Below, piece after piece: positions 1 to 10,960 of a DNA stretch of 64,000 nucleotides (positions are counted from its first letter, which is position 1; every line of letters starts with the position of its first letter). The DNA is from an uncultured Alphaproteobacteria bacterium (GTDB taxonomy: Bacteria; Pseudomonadota; Alphaproteobacteria; Rhodobacterales; Rhodobacteraceae), in NCBI GenBank assembly GCA_963833115.1, contig CAWHWS010000002.1, positions 368,173 to 432,172 on the forward strand, read 5' to 3'. The notes under the pieces were generated by a model, which worked only from the letters and a program-made list of their open reading frames with translations, searched no databases and was not told where the DNA came from. A program made the translations under genes and the position numbers.

Positions 1-244
1 CCACGACGAGCTGGCGCAGCGGCGGGTCGTATTCGAAGCGCATCCGCCCGGGCCGCTGGAGACGCACCGTCCCGGTCGCGATCGAGCCGTCGTCCGCGAT
101 CTGGGTGAAGGGGGATTCGGCGCCGGTGAACCCGTTGAGGTAGGCGCTCGCCTCCGCCAGGGAGACGTCCGCCGCCGCCGGGGCGGCCAGCACGGAGAGG
201 GCGGCGGCCAGGGCGGCGCGACGTGGGGCGGCGGGTCGGGACAT
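1..244 (-). CDS. lolA: Outer-membrane lipoprotein carrier protein LolA (5' part; runs off window start)
   Basis: Manual translation from ATG at 244: signal peptide, then AYLNGF..FTQ..DGS..TGT..LQRPGRMRFEY, typical LolA N-terminus; lies downstream of ftsK. Confidence 0.85.
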   Translation of the reverse strand, partial: MSRPAAPRRAALAAALSVLAAPAAADVSLAEASAYLNGFTGAESPFTQIADDGSIATGTVRLQRPGRMRFEYDPPLRQLVV

Positions 245-377
245 CGGAGCTCCGGGTCGTGCCGCGCGGACATGGCGGCCCGGCGGACATAGGAACCGCG
301 CCCCGCCCCCGCCAGCGTCATCGCATTGCGACCGCGCCGTCATCGGGCGTCATCCGGGCGGCGCCCGGACCGCTCCC

Positions 378-533
378 TCACTCGTAGCAGCGGCCCTCGG
401 GCTCGCAGGGGCGAAGGCGGGCCTCGGTAGCGTCCTCGCGCGCCGCCTTCGCCGCCATCGCCACCAGGGCGATCGGCGCCAGGCCCTCGGGGGCGTAGGG
501 GAGCGGGGCGTGGGGGATGGGGCGGTTGGCCAT
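378..533 (-). CDS. Small hypothetical protein (51 aa)
   Basis: ATG at 533 preceded by GAGGA; MANRPIPHAPLPYAPEGLAP...; sits between ftsK and lolA. Confidence 0.4.
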   Translation of the reverse strand: MANRPIPHAPLPYAPEGLAPIALVAMAAKAAREDATEARLRPCEPEGRCYE

Positions 534-738
534 GGATCGGTCCTCGTGTGGGTCGACTGTCAATCGAACGCGGGACACCGGGGGCGATGTTCCGCGGGGC
601 GGCGGTGGGATGACCCGAACGTGACCGGTCCCTGGGGCGGGAATCGGGCGATCGCGCGGCCCGGGCCGGCCGATCGCGCCGACCTTCCGTCCATTCGCGC
701 CGATCCGCCGCCGACGCGGCGCCGTGCGGCCGCCGCCA

Positions 739-3462
739 TCAGGCCTGCTCGGGCACGAGCACCTCCCGCTTGCCGACATGGTTCGAGGAGCTGACCACGC
801 TCGCGTCCTCCATCTGCTCCACCAGGCGTGCGGCCTTGTTGTAGCCGATCCCGAGCTTGCGCTGGATGTAGGAGGTCGAGCACTTGCGGTCCCGGATCAC
901 GATCGCCACCGCCTGGTCGTAGAGCGCGTCCTCCCCGCCGGTGTTCCCGCCCAGGCCCAGCATCTCGTCCACGCTGGGGCCGTCGTCCGGCTCGTCGGGC
1001 CCGTCCTGCACCCCGCTGAGGTAGTCCGGCGGCCCGTAGGACTTGAGGTGGGCGACGATCTCCTCCACCTCCTCGTCCGAGCAGAAGGGGCCGTGCACGC
1101 GCGTGATCCTGGACCCGCCGGCCATGTAGAGCATGTCGCCCATGCCCAGGAGCTGCTCGGCGCCCTGCTCGCCCAGGATGGTGCGCGAATCGATCTTGGA
1201 CGTGACCTGGAAGCTGATGCGCGTCGGGAAGTTGGCCTTGATCGTGCCGGTGATCACGTCGACCGACGGCCGCTGCGTCGCCATGATGAGGTGGATGCCC
1301 GACGCCCGAGCCATCTGCGCCAGCCGCTGGATGCAGGCCTCGATCTCCTTGCCGGCGACCATCATCAGGTCGGCCATCTCGTCCACCACCACGACGATAT
1401 AGGGCAGCGCGACGGGCACGATCTCCTCGGTCTCGAAGGTGGGCTCGCCGGTGTCGTCGTCGAACCCCGTCTGCACCGTGCGGCTGAACAGCTCGCCGCG
1501 CGAGAGCGCCTCCTTCACCCGGCCGTTGTAGCCGTCGATGTTGCGCACGCCCATCTTGGACATCTTGCGGTAGCGGTCCTCCATCTCGCCCACGACCCAT
1601 TTGAGGGCGACGACCGCCTTCTTGGGGTCCGTCACCACCGGCGACAGGAGGTGCGGGATCCCGTCGTAGACCGAGAGCTCGAGCATCTTGGGGTCGATCA
1701 TGATGAGGCGGCACTCCTCGGGCGTGAGCCGGTAGAGGAGCGACAGGATCATCGTGTTGATCGCGACCGACTTGCCCGATCCCGTGGTGCCCGCGATCAG
1801 GAGGTGGGGCATCTTGGCGAGGTTCGCCACGACCGGGTCGCCCCCGATGTCCTTGCCGAGCGCGAGCGGCAGGCGCGCCGCGCCGTCCCCGAACGCGCGG
1901 GTGGAGAGGATCTCCCGCAGGACGCACATCTCCCGGTTCTCGTTCGGGAGCTCGATCCCGATCACCGAGCGGCCCGGCACCGTCGAGACGCGCGCCGAGA
2001 GCGCCGACATCGACCGCGCGATGTCGTCCGCCAGCCCGATCACGCGGGACGCCTTGAGGCCGGGCGCGGGCTCGAGCTCGTACATCGTGACGACCGGGCC
2101 GGGGCGGACGCTGACGATCTCGCCCTTCACCCCGTAATCGTCGAGCACGTTCTCCAGGAGGCGGGCGTTCTCCTCGAGCGCGGTGTCGGACAGGTGATGG
2201 CGCTCCACCGTGTCCGGATCGCGCAGGAGGCCGAGCGGGGGCAGCTCGTAGGCCGCCGCGTCCTCGCCCAGGGCGAGGGGCGGCTGCGCCTCGGCCCGGG
2301 CGCGCGCGGACGAACGCGGCGCGGGCCCGCCATGGCGCACCAGCGGCGCCTCCGCCTCCGGCGGGCCCTGCGCGCGCAGGACCGGCGGCGGGGGCGGCGG
2401 GCGCGTGCCCAGCCCCTCCGCCTCGGGCGCGCCCGCCCGGAACAGGGCCACCTCGTCGTCGTCCTCGTCCTCGTCCGGCTCCGGGGCCGGCTCCAGCACG
2501 TCCTCCTCGGCGGCGGCGCGGCGGCGGGCGGCGGCCCTGGCGACGAAATCGGGCGCGGCGCTCGCCCCGCCCTTCACCGGCGGCTCCGCGCGCTGCCCCG
2601 GGGCCTGCGTCCCCTGCCGCGCCCGGGCCCGGACCGCGTCGGCGATGCGGGCCTGGAGCCGGTGCTGGGCCCCGTCCTCCGCCGCGCCGTCCTCGTCCTC
2701 GTCCTCGGCGAAGGGGGCGTCCTCGTCCGCGGGCCGCGCGCGCCGCAGCGGGACGAGGTCCGCCAGCCGCCGGCGCGGGACCTCGCCCCGCGAGTCGCGC
2801 CTCGCCGCGCGCCGCGCGCGCAGCGCGCCCAGCCCCGCGAGCAGGCCCCCGCCGGTCCGCGCCAGCCCCGCGCCGCCGAAGCGCAGCGCCGCGCGCGCCT
2901 CGCCCCGGTCCAGCCCGAGCGCATGCAGCGTCACGAGCGCCATCGCCGCCGCCGAGGCCAACGCCGCCACCGCGAACGCCGTCGTGAGGGGCAGCGGCAG
3001 GAGGCCGATCATCGCCCCCAGGAACGTGTCCCCGACATGCCCGCCGAGTCCGAACCCGTGCGTCCACTCCGCCCCCGGCGGCACGCTCGAGAGGTGCACC
3101 GCCGTCGCCACCACCGCGACCGGCAGCGTCACCGTGCGCGCCATCGCCCGCCCCGATCCCAGGTGCAGAACGAAGCGCAGCCCCCAGACCAGCAGCGCCA
3201 GAGGCACCAGGAGGCACGCCCGCCCGAGCATCACGTGCGCCGGCGAGGCGACCGCCGCCCCCGGCGCGCCGAGCCAGTTCGCCACCGGCCCCCCGGCCGC
3301 GAACAGCCCCGGATCGGCGGGCGCGTAGGACCAGAGCGCCGCGCCCAGGAGCGCCCCCGCGCCCAGGAGGCCCAGGCCGATCGCCTCGCGCCCCCGCCGG
3401 GCGAGGGCCGCGGCGGTGGTCTCGTCGACGAGCGGCTCGCGGCGCCGTGTCTGATAGGCCAT
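739..3462 (-). CDS. ftsK: DNA translocase FtsK
   Basis: N-terminal TM helices, Walker [32 protein letters not shown]-terminal gamma domain ([17 protein letters not shown]). Confidence 0.97.
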   Translation of the reverse strand: MAYQTRRREPLVDETTAAALARRGREAIGLGLLGAGALLGAALWSYAPADPGLFAAGGPVANWLGAPGAAVASPAHVMLGRACLLVPLALLVWGLRFVLHLGSGRAMARTVTLPVAVVATAVHLSSVPPGAEWTHGFGLGGHVGDTFLGAMIGLLPLPLTTAFAVAALASAAAMALVTLHALGLDRGEARAALRFGGAGLARTGGGLLAGLGALRARRAARRDSRGEVPRRRLADLVPLRRARPADEDAPFAEDEDEDGAAEDGAQHRLQARIADAVRARARQGTQAPGQRAEPPVKGGASAAPDFVARAAARRRAAAEEDVLEPAPEPDEDEDDDEVALFRAGAPEAEGLGTRPPPPPPVLRAQGPPEAEAPLVRHGGPAPRSSARARAEAQPPLALGEDAAAYELPPLGLLRDPDTVERHHLSDTALEENARLLENVLDDYGVKGEIVSVRPGPVVTMYELEPAPGLKASRVIGLADDIARSMSALSARVSTVPGRSVIGIELPNENREMCVLREILSTRAFGDGAARLPLALGKDIGGDPVVANLAKMPHLLIAGTTGSGKSVAINTMILSLLYRLTPEECRLIMIDPKMLELSVYDGIPHLLSPVVTDPKKAVVALKWVVGEMEDRYRKMSKMGVRNIDGYNGRVKEALSRGELFSRTVQTGFDDDTGEPTFETEEIVPVALPYIVVVVDEMADLMMVAGKEIEACIQRLAQMARASGIHLIMATQRPSVDVITGTIKANFPTRISFQVTSKIDSRTILGEQGAEQLLGMGDMLYMAGGSRITRVHGPFCSDEEVEEIVAHLKSYGPPDYLSGVQDGPDEPDDGPSVDEMLGLGGNTGGEDALYDQAVAIVIRDRKCSTSYIQRKLGIGYNKAARLVEQMEDASVVSSSNHVGKREVLVPEQA

Positions 3463-3474
3463 CGGGCGTCCTTC

Positions 3475-4662
3475 CTATTCGTAGAGGCAGGCGCGCATCC
3501 GGCGCAGCCCGTCCTCGACCTCGTCCACCGGGCCGACCAGCGCGACCCGCAGCCGGTCGCGCCCCGGCGCGTGCCCGTCCACCTCGCGCCCGAGGTAATG
3601 GCCCGGCAGGACCTTGACCCCCGCCTCGCGCCAGAGCCGCAGCGCCGCCGCCTCCGCGTCCCCGCGCGCGGGCAGCCAGAGGAAGAACCCCGCGTCCGGC
3701 ATCGCGGCGCCCGGCACGCCGCCCAGCACCTTCGCCGCGACGGCCCGCTTCTCGGCATAGAGCTCGCGCGAGGCCTCCACATGCGTCTCGTCCGCCCAGA
3801 GCCGGGCGCTCACCGCCTGGATCGGCCCCGGCACCGGCGCGCCGCCATAGGCCCGGAGCTGCCGCATCGCGCGAACCGCCTCCGCCCCGCCCGCGACGAA
3901 GCCGGAGCGCAGCCCCGCCGCGCTCGACCGCTTGGAGAGGGAATGGAACGCCAGCGCCCGCTCCGGATCGGCCCCGGCGGCGCCCGCGACCTGGAGCAGG
4001 CCCGGCGGCGGCGCCCCGTACCAGATCTCCGAATAGCATTCGTCCGCCAGCACCCTGAAATCGTGCCGCTCCGCCAGCGCCAGCAGCTCGCCGAGGTAAT
4101 CCTCGGACGCCACCGCCCCCTGCGGGTTGGACGGCGAGCAGACATAGGCCAGCGTCACCCGGTCCAGGAGCTCGGGCGCCAGCCCCGCATAGTCCGGGAG
4201 CCAGCCCGTGCCTTCGGAGGTGGGCACGAAGACCGGCTCCGCCCCCGCGCCCAGCGCGCCCATGCCGTAGGCCTGATAGAACGGGTTGGGGATCAGGATC
4301 GCGGGCCGCCGGCCGCGCTTCTCCTCCGGCGAGAGCGCCATCGCGGCCGAGAACAGCCCCTCGCGCGTGCCGTTCAGGGCCATGATCCGCGAGGTCGGCA
4401 GACGCACCCCGTAACGCCGCGCGATCCAGTCCGAGATCGCGCCCAGGAGGTCCGCGTCGCCGTCGTTCTCCGGATAGCCGCCGAAGCCGCCCGCCCGCTC
4501 GGCCAGCATCGGGCCGACCCAGCCCGGCAGGCCGTGGCGCGGATCGCCGATGGTCATGGCGACCGGGTCCGCGCCGGGCGCCACGCCGTCCAGCAGCGCC
4601 CTCAATCGCGGGAACGCATAGAGCGGCAGATGCGCGAAGCGCTCGGGAAGGGATGGCGGCAT
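3475..4662 (-). CDS. Class I/II PLP aminotransferase (N-succinyldiaminopimelate aminotransferase DapC-like)
   Basis: ERFAHLPLYAFPRLR start, PNPFYQ, CSPSNPQG, DECYSEI, HSLSKRS..GLRSG PLP motif; start chosen at ATG 4662. Confidence 0.85.
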   Translation of the reverse strand: MPPSLPERFAHLPLYAFPRLRALLDGVAPGADPVAMTIGDPRHGLPGWVGPMLAERAGGFGGYPENDGDADLLGAISDWIARRYGVRLPTSRIMALNGTREGLFSAAMALSPEEKRGRRPAILIPNPFYQAYGMGALGAGAEPVFVPTSEGTGWLPDYAGLAPELLDRVTLAYVCSPSNPQGAVASEDYLGELLALAERHDFRVLADECYSEIWYGAPPPGLLQVAGAAGADPERALAFHSLSKRSSAAGLRSGFVAGGAEAVRAMRQLRAYGGAPVPGPIQAVSARLWADETHVEASRELYAEKRAVAAKVLGGVPGAAMPDAGFFLWLPARGDAEAAALRLWREAGVKVLPGHYLGREVDGHAPGRDRLRVALVGPVDEVEDGLRRMRACLYE

Positions 4663-4786
4663 GGCTGCGTCGACCTCGGGTCCCGGGGTCGTGGCGCCCC
4701 GCTTCGCCGCACAGGCTATCGCGCGCGCCCCGCCTCGGTCCATCCGGGCGCCCCGCGGCCGCGCCGGCCGTGGCAATCGTGCCGAG

Positions 4787-6112
4787 TCAGGCCATCGCCG
4801 CCTCGATCCCCGCGCCCAGCCGCAGGAGGCGCGCCTCCCCCCCGGACGGGGCCAGCACCTGCACCCCGCAGGACGGCGCCTCCACCGGCAGCGACAGGCC
4901 CGCGCAATCCATCAGGTTGCCGATCCGCGTGTTGCGCAGCGCCGCGAGGTTCGCCGCAGCATAGGCCGCGCCGTCCGCCAGCAGGTCCGCCACCACCGGC
5001 GGCAGGATCGGCGCGCTCGGCGTGATCACGGCGTCGAACCCCGCGAACGCGCGGCGCCAGTCCGCCCGCAGGCACTCCAGGGTGCGCCACGCGTCGATGA
5101 ACGCCGCCGCGGACAGCCCCTCGCCGCCCCTCATGCGCGCCTCGATCGGGCCCCAGACCGCGCCCGGCATCGCCTCGATCCGCGCGCCCCAGATCGCCCA
5201 GGCCTCCCCGGCATAGACCGGCACGGAGAGCCCCATCGCCTGCGCCGCCGCCGGCAGGTCCACCGTCTCGATGATCGCGCCCTTGGCGCGGAGGCGCGCG
5301 CAGGCCGCCTCGAACGCCGCCGCGGGCTCCGGGGCGAGGTCCTCCATCGCGACGGTGGCGAGCACCGCCAGCCGCGCGCCCGAGACGTCCGCGCCGCGCA
5401 GGTCCGGCGCCCGCGCGCCGCCCATCGCCTCGATCAGGGCGCCCGCGTCCTCCACCCGGCGCACCAGGGCCCCCACCGTGTCGAGCCGCTCGACCAGGGG
5501 CACCGCCCCGCGATTGGACAGCGCGCCGAAGCCGGGCTTGAACCCCACCAGGTCGTTCCAGGCCGCCGGCAGTCGCACCGAGCCGCCCGTGTCCGAGCCG
5601 ACCGCCGCCGCCGCCAGCCCCGCCGCGACCGACGCCGCCGCCCCCGAGGACGAGCCCCCGGGCGCCAGGCCCTCGCCCTGCGCGCCGGGCGCCGTCGCGG
5701 TGCTCGGGTTGATCCCCAGCCCCGAGAACGCGAGCTCGCTCATGTGGGTCTTGCCCACGCACACCGCGCCCGCCAGCGTCGCGGCCGACAGCACGTCCGC
5801 GTCCCGCTCCGGCACGCGCCCGGTCAGGAGCTTGGAGCCCGCCGCCGTCTCCACGCCGGCGCTGTCGTAGAGGTCCTTCCAGGAGATCGGCACCCCGTCG
5901 AGCGGCCCGCGTCGGCGCCCCGCCCTCGCCCGCTCGGACGCCGCCGCCGCCTCGGCCAGCGCGCGCTCGGGCGTGAGCCGCGCGAAGATACGGCGGCCGT
6001 GCGGATGCGCCTCGATCCGCTCGATCGCGGCCTCCGCGAGGTCCACGGGGTCGACCTCCCCCTCCGCGATCCGCCGGCCGAGCGCCGAGGCGCCGTTCAT
6101 CAGGTCCGTCAT
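4787..6112 (-). CDS. Amidase signature family protein
   Basis: GKTHMSELAFSGLG, PGGSSSG, GSDTGGSVRLPAAW Ser-Ser-Lys triad motifs. Confidence 0.9.
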   Translation of the reverse strand: MTDLMNGASALGRRIAEGEVDPVDLAEAAIERIEAHPHGRRIFARLTPERALAEAAAASERARAGRRRGPLDGVPISWKDLYDSAGVETAAGSKLLTGRVPERDADVLSAATLAGAVCVGKTHMSELAFSGLGINPSTATAPGAQGEGLAPGGSSSGAAASVAAGLAAAAVGSDTGGSVRLPAAWNDLVGFKPGFGALSNRGAVPLVERLDTVGALVRRVEDAGALIEAMGGARAPDLRGADVSGARLAVLATVAMEDLAPEPAAAFEAACARLRAKGAIIETVDLPAAAQAMGLSVPVYAGEAWAIWGARIEAMPGAVWGPIEARMRGGEGLSAAAFIDAWRTLECLRADWRRAFAGFDAVITPSAPILPPVVADLLADGAAYAAANLAALRNTRIGNLMDCAGLSLPVEAPSCGVQVLAPSGGEARLLRLGAGIEAAMA

Positions 6113-6191
6113 CGGCGCCCTCCCGTTCGCCGGCAGGCTAGCGCGCCGGCCGCGGCATGGACAACGCCGCCCGCCGGGGTATCTGCCCCCC

Positions 6192-7415
6192 ATGGCGGCG
6201 CACCCCCCCATACCGGACGCGGACGTCCTCATCGCCGGCGGTGGGCCCGCGGGGCAATGCCTCGCCCTCGCGCTGGCGCAGGCGGGGCTGCGCGCGATCC
6301 TCCTCGACCCGGCGGCGGCGGCGGCGGACGCGCGGTCCTACTCGCTCAACGTCGCGAGCGTGCGGATGCTCGGCGCCCTCGGCCTCTGGGACGGGCTCGC
6401 CCCGGACGCGCAGCCGATCCTCGACATCCGCGTGAGCGACGGGCGCCGCGGCCGGGGCGCGAGCCCCCTGCACCTGCATTTCGACCATGCCGAGATCGAG
6501 GAAGGCCCCATGGGCCACATGGTCGAGGACCGGCACCTTCGCCCCGCCCTCTCCGCCGCGCTCGGCGCCGCCGGCGTGGAGCGGCGCGCCGTCTCCGTGA
6601 CCGCGCAGGCCCCCGGCCCCGCCGGCATCGCGGTCACGACCGATGCCGGCACGCTCCACGCCCCCCTCCTCGTCGGCGCGGACGGGCGGGGCGGCGGCAC
6701 CGCGGCGCGCGCCGGCATCGCCCGCACCGTCAAGCGCTACGGCCAGACGTCCCTCGTCGCGATGCTCGGCATCGAGCGGGACCATCTCGGCACCGCGCAT
6801 CAGGTGTTCCTGCCGCCCGGGCCCCTCGCGCTCCTGCCGATGACCGGGCGCCGCGTCTCGATCGTCTGGACCGAGGCGCAGGAGGAGGCCGCCCGCGTCG
6901 CCGCCCTGCCGGACGACGCGTTCCTGGACCACCTGCGCCCGCTGGTCGGCGACCTCTACGGCGCGCTGGACCTGCTCGGCGGGCGCCATGCCTACCCCCT
7001 CACCCTGGTGCTGGCAGAGCGCCTGGTGTCCGAGCGCACGGCCCTCCTGGGCGATTCGGCCCATGGCGTGCACCCGATCGCGGGCCAGGGCCTGAACGCC
7101 GGGATGAAGGACGCCGCCGCCCTGGCGGAGACCCTGTCGGACGCCGCCCGCCGCGGCGAGGACATCGGCGCCGCCGCCCCGCTCGCCGCCTATCAGCGCT
7201 GGCGCCGCTTCGACGCGGCCAGCCTCGCCGCGGCGACCGATACGGTGAACCGCCTCTTCTCCAACGACGATCCGCTCCTGCGCGGGCTGCGGCGCCTCGG
7301 CCTCGGCGCGGCGAGCCGCCTGCCGGGCCTCCGGCGAGCGATGATCCGCGAGGCGGCGGGCCTGACCGGCGAGGTCCCGCGCCTCATGCGTGGCCGCGCC
7401 CTCGGAGGGGCTTGA
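6192..7415 (+). CDS. UbiH/UbiL/COQ6-family FAD-dependent monooxygenase (ubiquinone hydroxylase)
   Basis: IAGGGPAG, LVGADG, LLGDSAHGVHPIAGQGLNAG motifs. Confidence 0.88.
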   Translation: MAAHPPIPDADVLIAGGGPAGQCLALALAQAGLRAILLDPAAAAADARSYSLNVASVRMLGALGLWDGLAPDAQPILDIRVSDGRRGRGASPLHLHFDHAEIEEGPMGHMVEDRHLRPALSAALGAAGVERRAVSVTAQAPGPAGIAVTTDAGTLHAPLLVGADGRGGGTAARAGIARTVKRYGQTSLVAMLGIERDHLGTAHQVFLPPGPLALLPMTGRRVSIVWTEAQEEAARVAALPDDAFLDHLRPLVGDLYGALDLLGGRHAYPLTLVLAERLVSERTALLGDSAHGVHPIAGQGLNAGMKDAAALAETLSDAARRGEDIGAAAPLAAYQRWRRFDAASLAAATDTVNRLFSNDDPLLRGLRRLGLGAASRLPGLRRAMIREAAGLTGEVPRLMRGRALGGA

Positions 7416-7498
7416 GGCGCCGGCCTTAAGCCTCCCTCAATCCTCCTGCGCCACACAGGCGCCGCGCCGCGTGGACGGCGCCGATGCCGGAGGCGCGC

Positions 7499-7924
7499 AT
7501 GACATCCCTCGAGACCGCCCTGCGCCTCGCCGCCGCGACCGGCGCCGCGCTCCTGGCGCATTGGGCGATCACCCCCGGCCTCCTGCCGGCGCTCGCCGCG
7601 CTCGGCGGCACCGCCGCGGCGATGGCGCTCTGGACGGCGGCGGTCCTCGCGGCGGTGTCCGCGCCCTTCGCGCTGGGCGCGCCGCGCGGCCTGACCGGAA
7701 TCCTCGGCGCGGCGCTGGCGCTGCGCGGGGCCGGCGCGGCCGCGCCCCTGATGACGGGCCCCCCCGCGCCGATGGCCGATGCCGGCGCCCTGGTCGCCCC
7801 CCTCGCCCTCGCGGCGGCCGGCGCGGCCCTGCTGCTCTGGGCCACCGCCCCCCGCAGGGCTCAGCCCTCGAGCCGCCGCGCCTCGCTCTCGAGCATGATC
7901 GGGATCCCGCCCCGCACCGGATAG
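7499..7924 (+). CDS. Hypothetical Ala/Leu-rich membrane protein
   Basis: GGAGG RBS before ATG 7499; about four hydrophobic segments; 3' end overlaps the convergent Trm112 gene. Confidence 0.5.
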   Translation: MTSLETALRLAAATGAALLAHWAITPGLLPALAALGGTAAAMALWTAAVLAAVSAPFALGAPRGLTGILGAALALRGAGAAAPLMTGPPAPMADAGALVAPLALAAAGAALLLWATAPRRAQPSSRRASLSSMIGIPPRTG

Positions 7925-8061
7925 GCGAGCCCCGCCTTGCGGGAGACGAGCTCCGAGCGCGCCGCGTCCCAGTCGAGCCGTCCATGCGTCCGGGGACAGA
8001 TCAAAGCCTCGATCGCCCGCGGATCGAACGGCCTCTCCGCCGCCCCGCCCTTGCCCGCCAT
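7861..8061 (-). CDS. Trm112/YcaR family protein
   Basis: [30 protein letters not shown]; an alternative GTG start at 8073 overlaps the upstream stop. Confidence 0.88.
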   Translation of the reverse strand: MAGKGGAAERPFDPRAIEALICPRTHGRLDWDAARSELVSRKAGLAYPVRGGIPIMLESEARRLEG

Positions 8062-8069
8062 CTCGTCGC

Positions 8070-8726
8070 TCACTGCAGCGTCCCCGCCGTCGCGGACCCC
8101 TTGGCCAGCGCGAACTCGATCAACGTCACCAGCGTCTCGCGCCGCGTCGAGAGGCTCGGCGCCTCCAGCAGGGCCTGCCGGTCCTCCGGCTCGAAGGGGA
8201 TCATTATCGACAGCGAGTTGATCAGCAGCTCGTCGCCCGCGTCCTTGAGCTCGCTCCAGTCCGGCGCGAGCCCCTCGGCCGCGAAATGCCGCGCGAGCAG
8301 CTTCATGAACGCCGGCCGGTCGAACGCCTCGTCCACCTCGGTGCGGCCCCGGTCGCGGGCGAACCCCTCCCAGTCCACGTCGCAACGGCGATAGGCGGCG
8401 AACCCCTCGACCTCGCGCAGGACGCGGAACCGGCTGATCCCCGTCAAGCTGATGAGGTAGCGCCCGTCCTCGGTCTCCGAGAACCCGGTCACGCGCCCGG
8501 CGCATCCGATCGCGTGCAGGCGCGCGCCCCCGGCGGCCGCCCCGCCCGGCACCTCGCGCGGCTGGACCATCCCGATCAGGCGCGCGGGCGATTTCAACGC
8601 GTCGTCCAGCATCGCCAGATAGCGCGGCTCGAAGATGTGGAGCGGCAGCCGCGCCCGCGGCAGGAGGAGCGCGCCAGGCAGCGGGAAGATCGGGATCGTG
8701 CGGGGCAGATCGGTCCGATTGGTCAT
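8070..8726 (-). CDS. Lon peptidase substrate-binding (N-domain-only) protein
   Basis: [37 protein letters not shown]. Confidence 0.9.
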   Translation of the reverse strand: MTNRTDLPRTIPIFPLPGALLLPRARLPLHIFEPRYLAMLDDALKSPARLIGMVQPREVPGGAAAGGARLHAIGCAGRVTGFSETEDGRYLISLTGISRFRVLREVEGFAAYRRCDVDWEGFARDRGRTEVDEAFDRPAFMKLLARHFAAEGLAPDWSELKDAGDELLINSLSIMIPFEPEDRQALLEAPSLSTRRETLVTLIEFALAKGSATAGTLQ

Positions 8727-8777
8727 CACGGCGACTTAATGCGCCCGCGCCCCGCATCAATGGGCGCCATGGCCATC

Positions 8778-9710
8778 TCAGGCCAGGATCATCGACCCCA
8801 GCCGCCGCCGCCCGCGCAGCGCCACGGGATCCTTCGGCCCCGCCGCCTCGAAGATCGTCAGGAGCTGCGCCTTGGCCGCGCCCTCGTTCCAGTCCCGGTC
8901 CCGCCGGAACAGCTCCAGGAGGTGGTCCACCGCCCCGTCCGCGTCCCCCGACGCCAGGAGCGCGGCCGCGAGGTCGAACCGCGCGCCGTGGTCGCCCGGC
9001 TCGGCCTCGACCTGCGCCGCCAGCGCGTCCACCGGCCCCGCAGCCGCCGCCTGCCGCGCCAGGGCGAGCTGCGCCCGCGCGGCCTCGATCTCGGGGGCGC
9101 CCGCGATCTCGGCCGGCACCGCGTCCAGGAGCTGCTGCGCCACCTCCACCTCGCCGATCGCGAGCTGCGCGCGGATCAGCCCGCCCTGCGCGCCGGCATG
9201 CCCCGGCTCCTCGCCCAGGATGCCGGCGAAGACCTGCGCCGCGTCCGCCGCCGCGCCCTCGGCCAGCATCGCCTCGGCCGCCTCCATCGCCTCGGCGAGA
9301 CCGCCGGCGCCGGCCATCGACACCAGCCGCCCGACGAAGGCGTCGATCTCCGAGGCCGGCTGCGCGCCCTGGAACATGTCCGCGATCTGCCCCTGCGCGA
9401 ACCCGACGACCGTCGGGATCGACTGCATCGGCAGGCCCTGCTGCGCGAGCATCTGCACCAGGCGGGGGTTCTGGTCGACGTCGATCTTGACCATCCGCAC
9501 CGCGCCGCCCGCCTTCTCGACCGCGGCCTCGAGCGCCGGGCCAAGCGTCTTGCACGGCCCGCACCAGGGCGCCCAGAAGTCCACGATCACCGGCTGCACC
9601 TGGCTCGCCTCGATCACGTCCCGCATGAACGTGGCCTCGGACCCGTCCGTCACCAGCCCGCTCGCGGGGCCCGCGCCGCTGTCCGCGTTGTTCGCACCGA
9701 ATTCGAGCAT
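8778..9710 (-). CDS. cnoX: Thioredoxin/TPR co-chaperone CnoX (YbbN)
   Basis: [13 protein letters not shown]-terminal TPR-like region ending [12 protein letters not shown]. Confidence 0.88.
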   Translation of the reverse strand: MLEFGANNADSGAGPASGLVTDGSEATFMRDVIEASQVQPVIVDFWAPWCGPCKTLGPALEAAVEKAGGAVRMVKIDVDQNPRLVQMLAQQGLPMQSIPTVVGFAQGQIADMFQGAQPASEIDAFVGRLVSMAGAGGLAEAMEAAEAMLAEGAAADAAQVFAGILGEEPGHAGAQGGLIRAQLAIGEVEVAQQLLDAVPAEIAGAPEIEAARAQLALARQAAAAGPVDALAAQVEAEPGDHGARFDLAAALLASGDADGAVDHLLELFRRDRDWNEGAAKAQLLTIFEAAGPKDPVALRGRRRLGSMILA

Positions 9711-9770
9711 GTCGCCCTCCGAAAGATCGTTTTCGCGCATATGGGCGCCCCGGCCCGGCAGATCAAACGA

Positions 9771-10559
9771 CTAGAGGTCGAACGTCGTCAGGACCGGCAC
9801 GTGGTCGCTCGGCTTCTCCCAGCCGCGGATGTCCCGCAGGATGCGGCTCCCCCCCGCCGCGCCGGCGATGTCGGCCGTGGCCCAGACGTGATCGAGCCGC
9901 CGCCCCTTGTCCGCCGCGTCCCAGTCGCGCGCCCGGTAGGACCACCACGAGTAGAGCTTGCCCGCCGGATGGTCCGCCCGCACCGCGTCGACCCAGCCGC
10001 CGGCCGCGCGTATCTCCTCCAGGGCCGCGACCTCCACCGGCGTATGGCTCACGACCTTCAGAAGCTGCCTGTGGCTCCAGACGTCGTCCTCCTGGGGCGC
10101 GATGTTGAGATCGCCCACCAGGATCGAGCGCGCGGGCGGCGCGTCCCGGAACCAGTCCGTTAGCTCGGAGAGGACGTCGAGCTTGTGGCCGAACTTCTCG
10201 TTGACCTCCCGGTCGGGCACGTCGCCGCCCGCCGGCACGTAGAGATTGTGAATCACCACCCCGTTCTCAAGCCGCCCGGCGACATGGCGCGCGTCCTCCC
10301 GGCCCGCGAGGGGGCGCGCGCCGGCCTCCTCCATCGGCAGGCGCGACAGGATCGCGACGCCGTTGTAGCCCTTGAACCCGCGCGCCAGCACGTGCCCGTA
10401 GCCCAGCGCCGCGAACCGCTCGAGGGGAATCTTCTCGACCGGCGACTTCGTCTCCTGCAGGCACAGGACATCCGGCCCCTCGCGCTCCAGGAGGTCGCAG
10501 ACCAGCCCCTCGCGCAGGCGCACGGAGTTGATGTTCCAGGTGGCGACGGTGAACGGCAT
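9771..10559 (-). CDS. xth: Exodeoxyribonuclease III
   Basis: ATWNINSVRLR, LCLQETK, GDLNIAP, RLDHVW, SDHVP. Confidence 0.95.
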   Translation of the reverse strand: MPFTVATWNINSVRLREGLVCDLLEREGPDVLCLQETKSPVEKIPLERFAALGYGHVLARGFKGYNGVAILSRLPMEEAGARPLAGREDARHVAGRLENGVVIHNLYVPAGGDVPDREVNEKFGHKLDVLSELTDWFRDAPPARSILVGDLNIAPQEDDVWSHRQLLKVVSHTPVEVAALEEIRAAGGWVDAVRADHPAGKLYSWWSYRARDWDAADKGRRLDHVWATADIAGAAGGSRILRDIRGWEKPSDHVPVLTTFDL

Positions 10560-10621
10560 CGGCGGGCTCCTTCGCGGCGGGGCCTAACCCGGCCCGTCCC
10601 GCCCGGCCAGCGCCGCCCGGC

Positions 10622-10687
10622 CTACCGGCGCCGGCGGAACCGCTGGAACAGCTTCCAGATCGCGAAGAGCTTGATCAGGCGGCGCAT
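10622..10687 (-). CDS. Candidate 21-aa cationic amphipathic small protein MRRLIKLFAIWKLFQRFRRRR
   Basis: GGAGG 7 nt upstream of ATG; mostly G/C-ending codons; TAG stop. Confidence 0.5.
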   Translation of the reverse strand: MRRLIKLFAIWKLFQRFRRRR

Positions 10688-10801
10688 GGGGCATCCTCCG
10701 GGGCGGGTCGTTGCCGGACCGAACGCCGACCCCCCGCCGCCGGTTGCGCGCCACGCGGGGCCCGGCGATCGGGGGGAAAGCGAGACCCCGCGCCCGAGGC
10801 G

Positions 10802-10829
10802 AAAAAAGGCCCGAGCCGAGGCCCGGGCC
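10802..10829 (-). terminator. Rho-independent terminator of the cenR/SorX transcript
   Basis: GGCCCGGGCCTCGGCTCGGGCC hairpin followed by TTTTTT on minus strand. Confidence 0.85.
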
Positions 10830-10876
10830 AAGTCCAACAGGGAGGTGCCGCGACATGACCCCGTCGCGGCGAAGGG
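10802..10876 (-). ncRNA. sorX: SorX-like 3'UTR-derived small RNA downstream of cenR
   Basis: On the minus strand: 8-bp stem GCCGCGAC/GTCGCGGC (10847-10870), single-stranded anti-SD seed CCTCCCTGTTGGACTT, then GC hairpin plus T6. Same position as R. sphaeroides SorX behind RSP_0847 (from memory); the 5' end is estimated. Confidence 0.7.
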
Positions 10877-10960
10877 TTGGTGCGCCCATCATCGTCCGGG
10901 CGCTGGAACGACTCTAGGGCGAGAAGATTACCGAAGCGTCAACCATGACGGCTGTTGCCC

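Noticed and set aside
560-5025. Very long ORFs 560-4039 (-) and 724-5025 (+), and similar Arg/Gly/Pro-rich ORFs throughout (e.g. 15519-18236, 48327-50063, 53587-56454)
   Set aside because: Shadow frames of real genes; stops are rare at this GC content and no motifs are present
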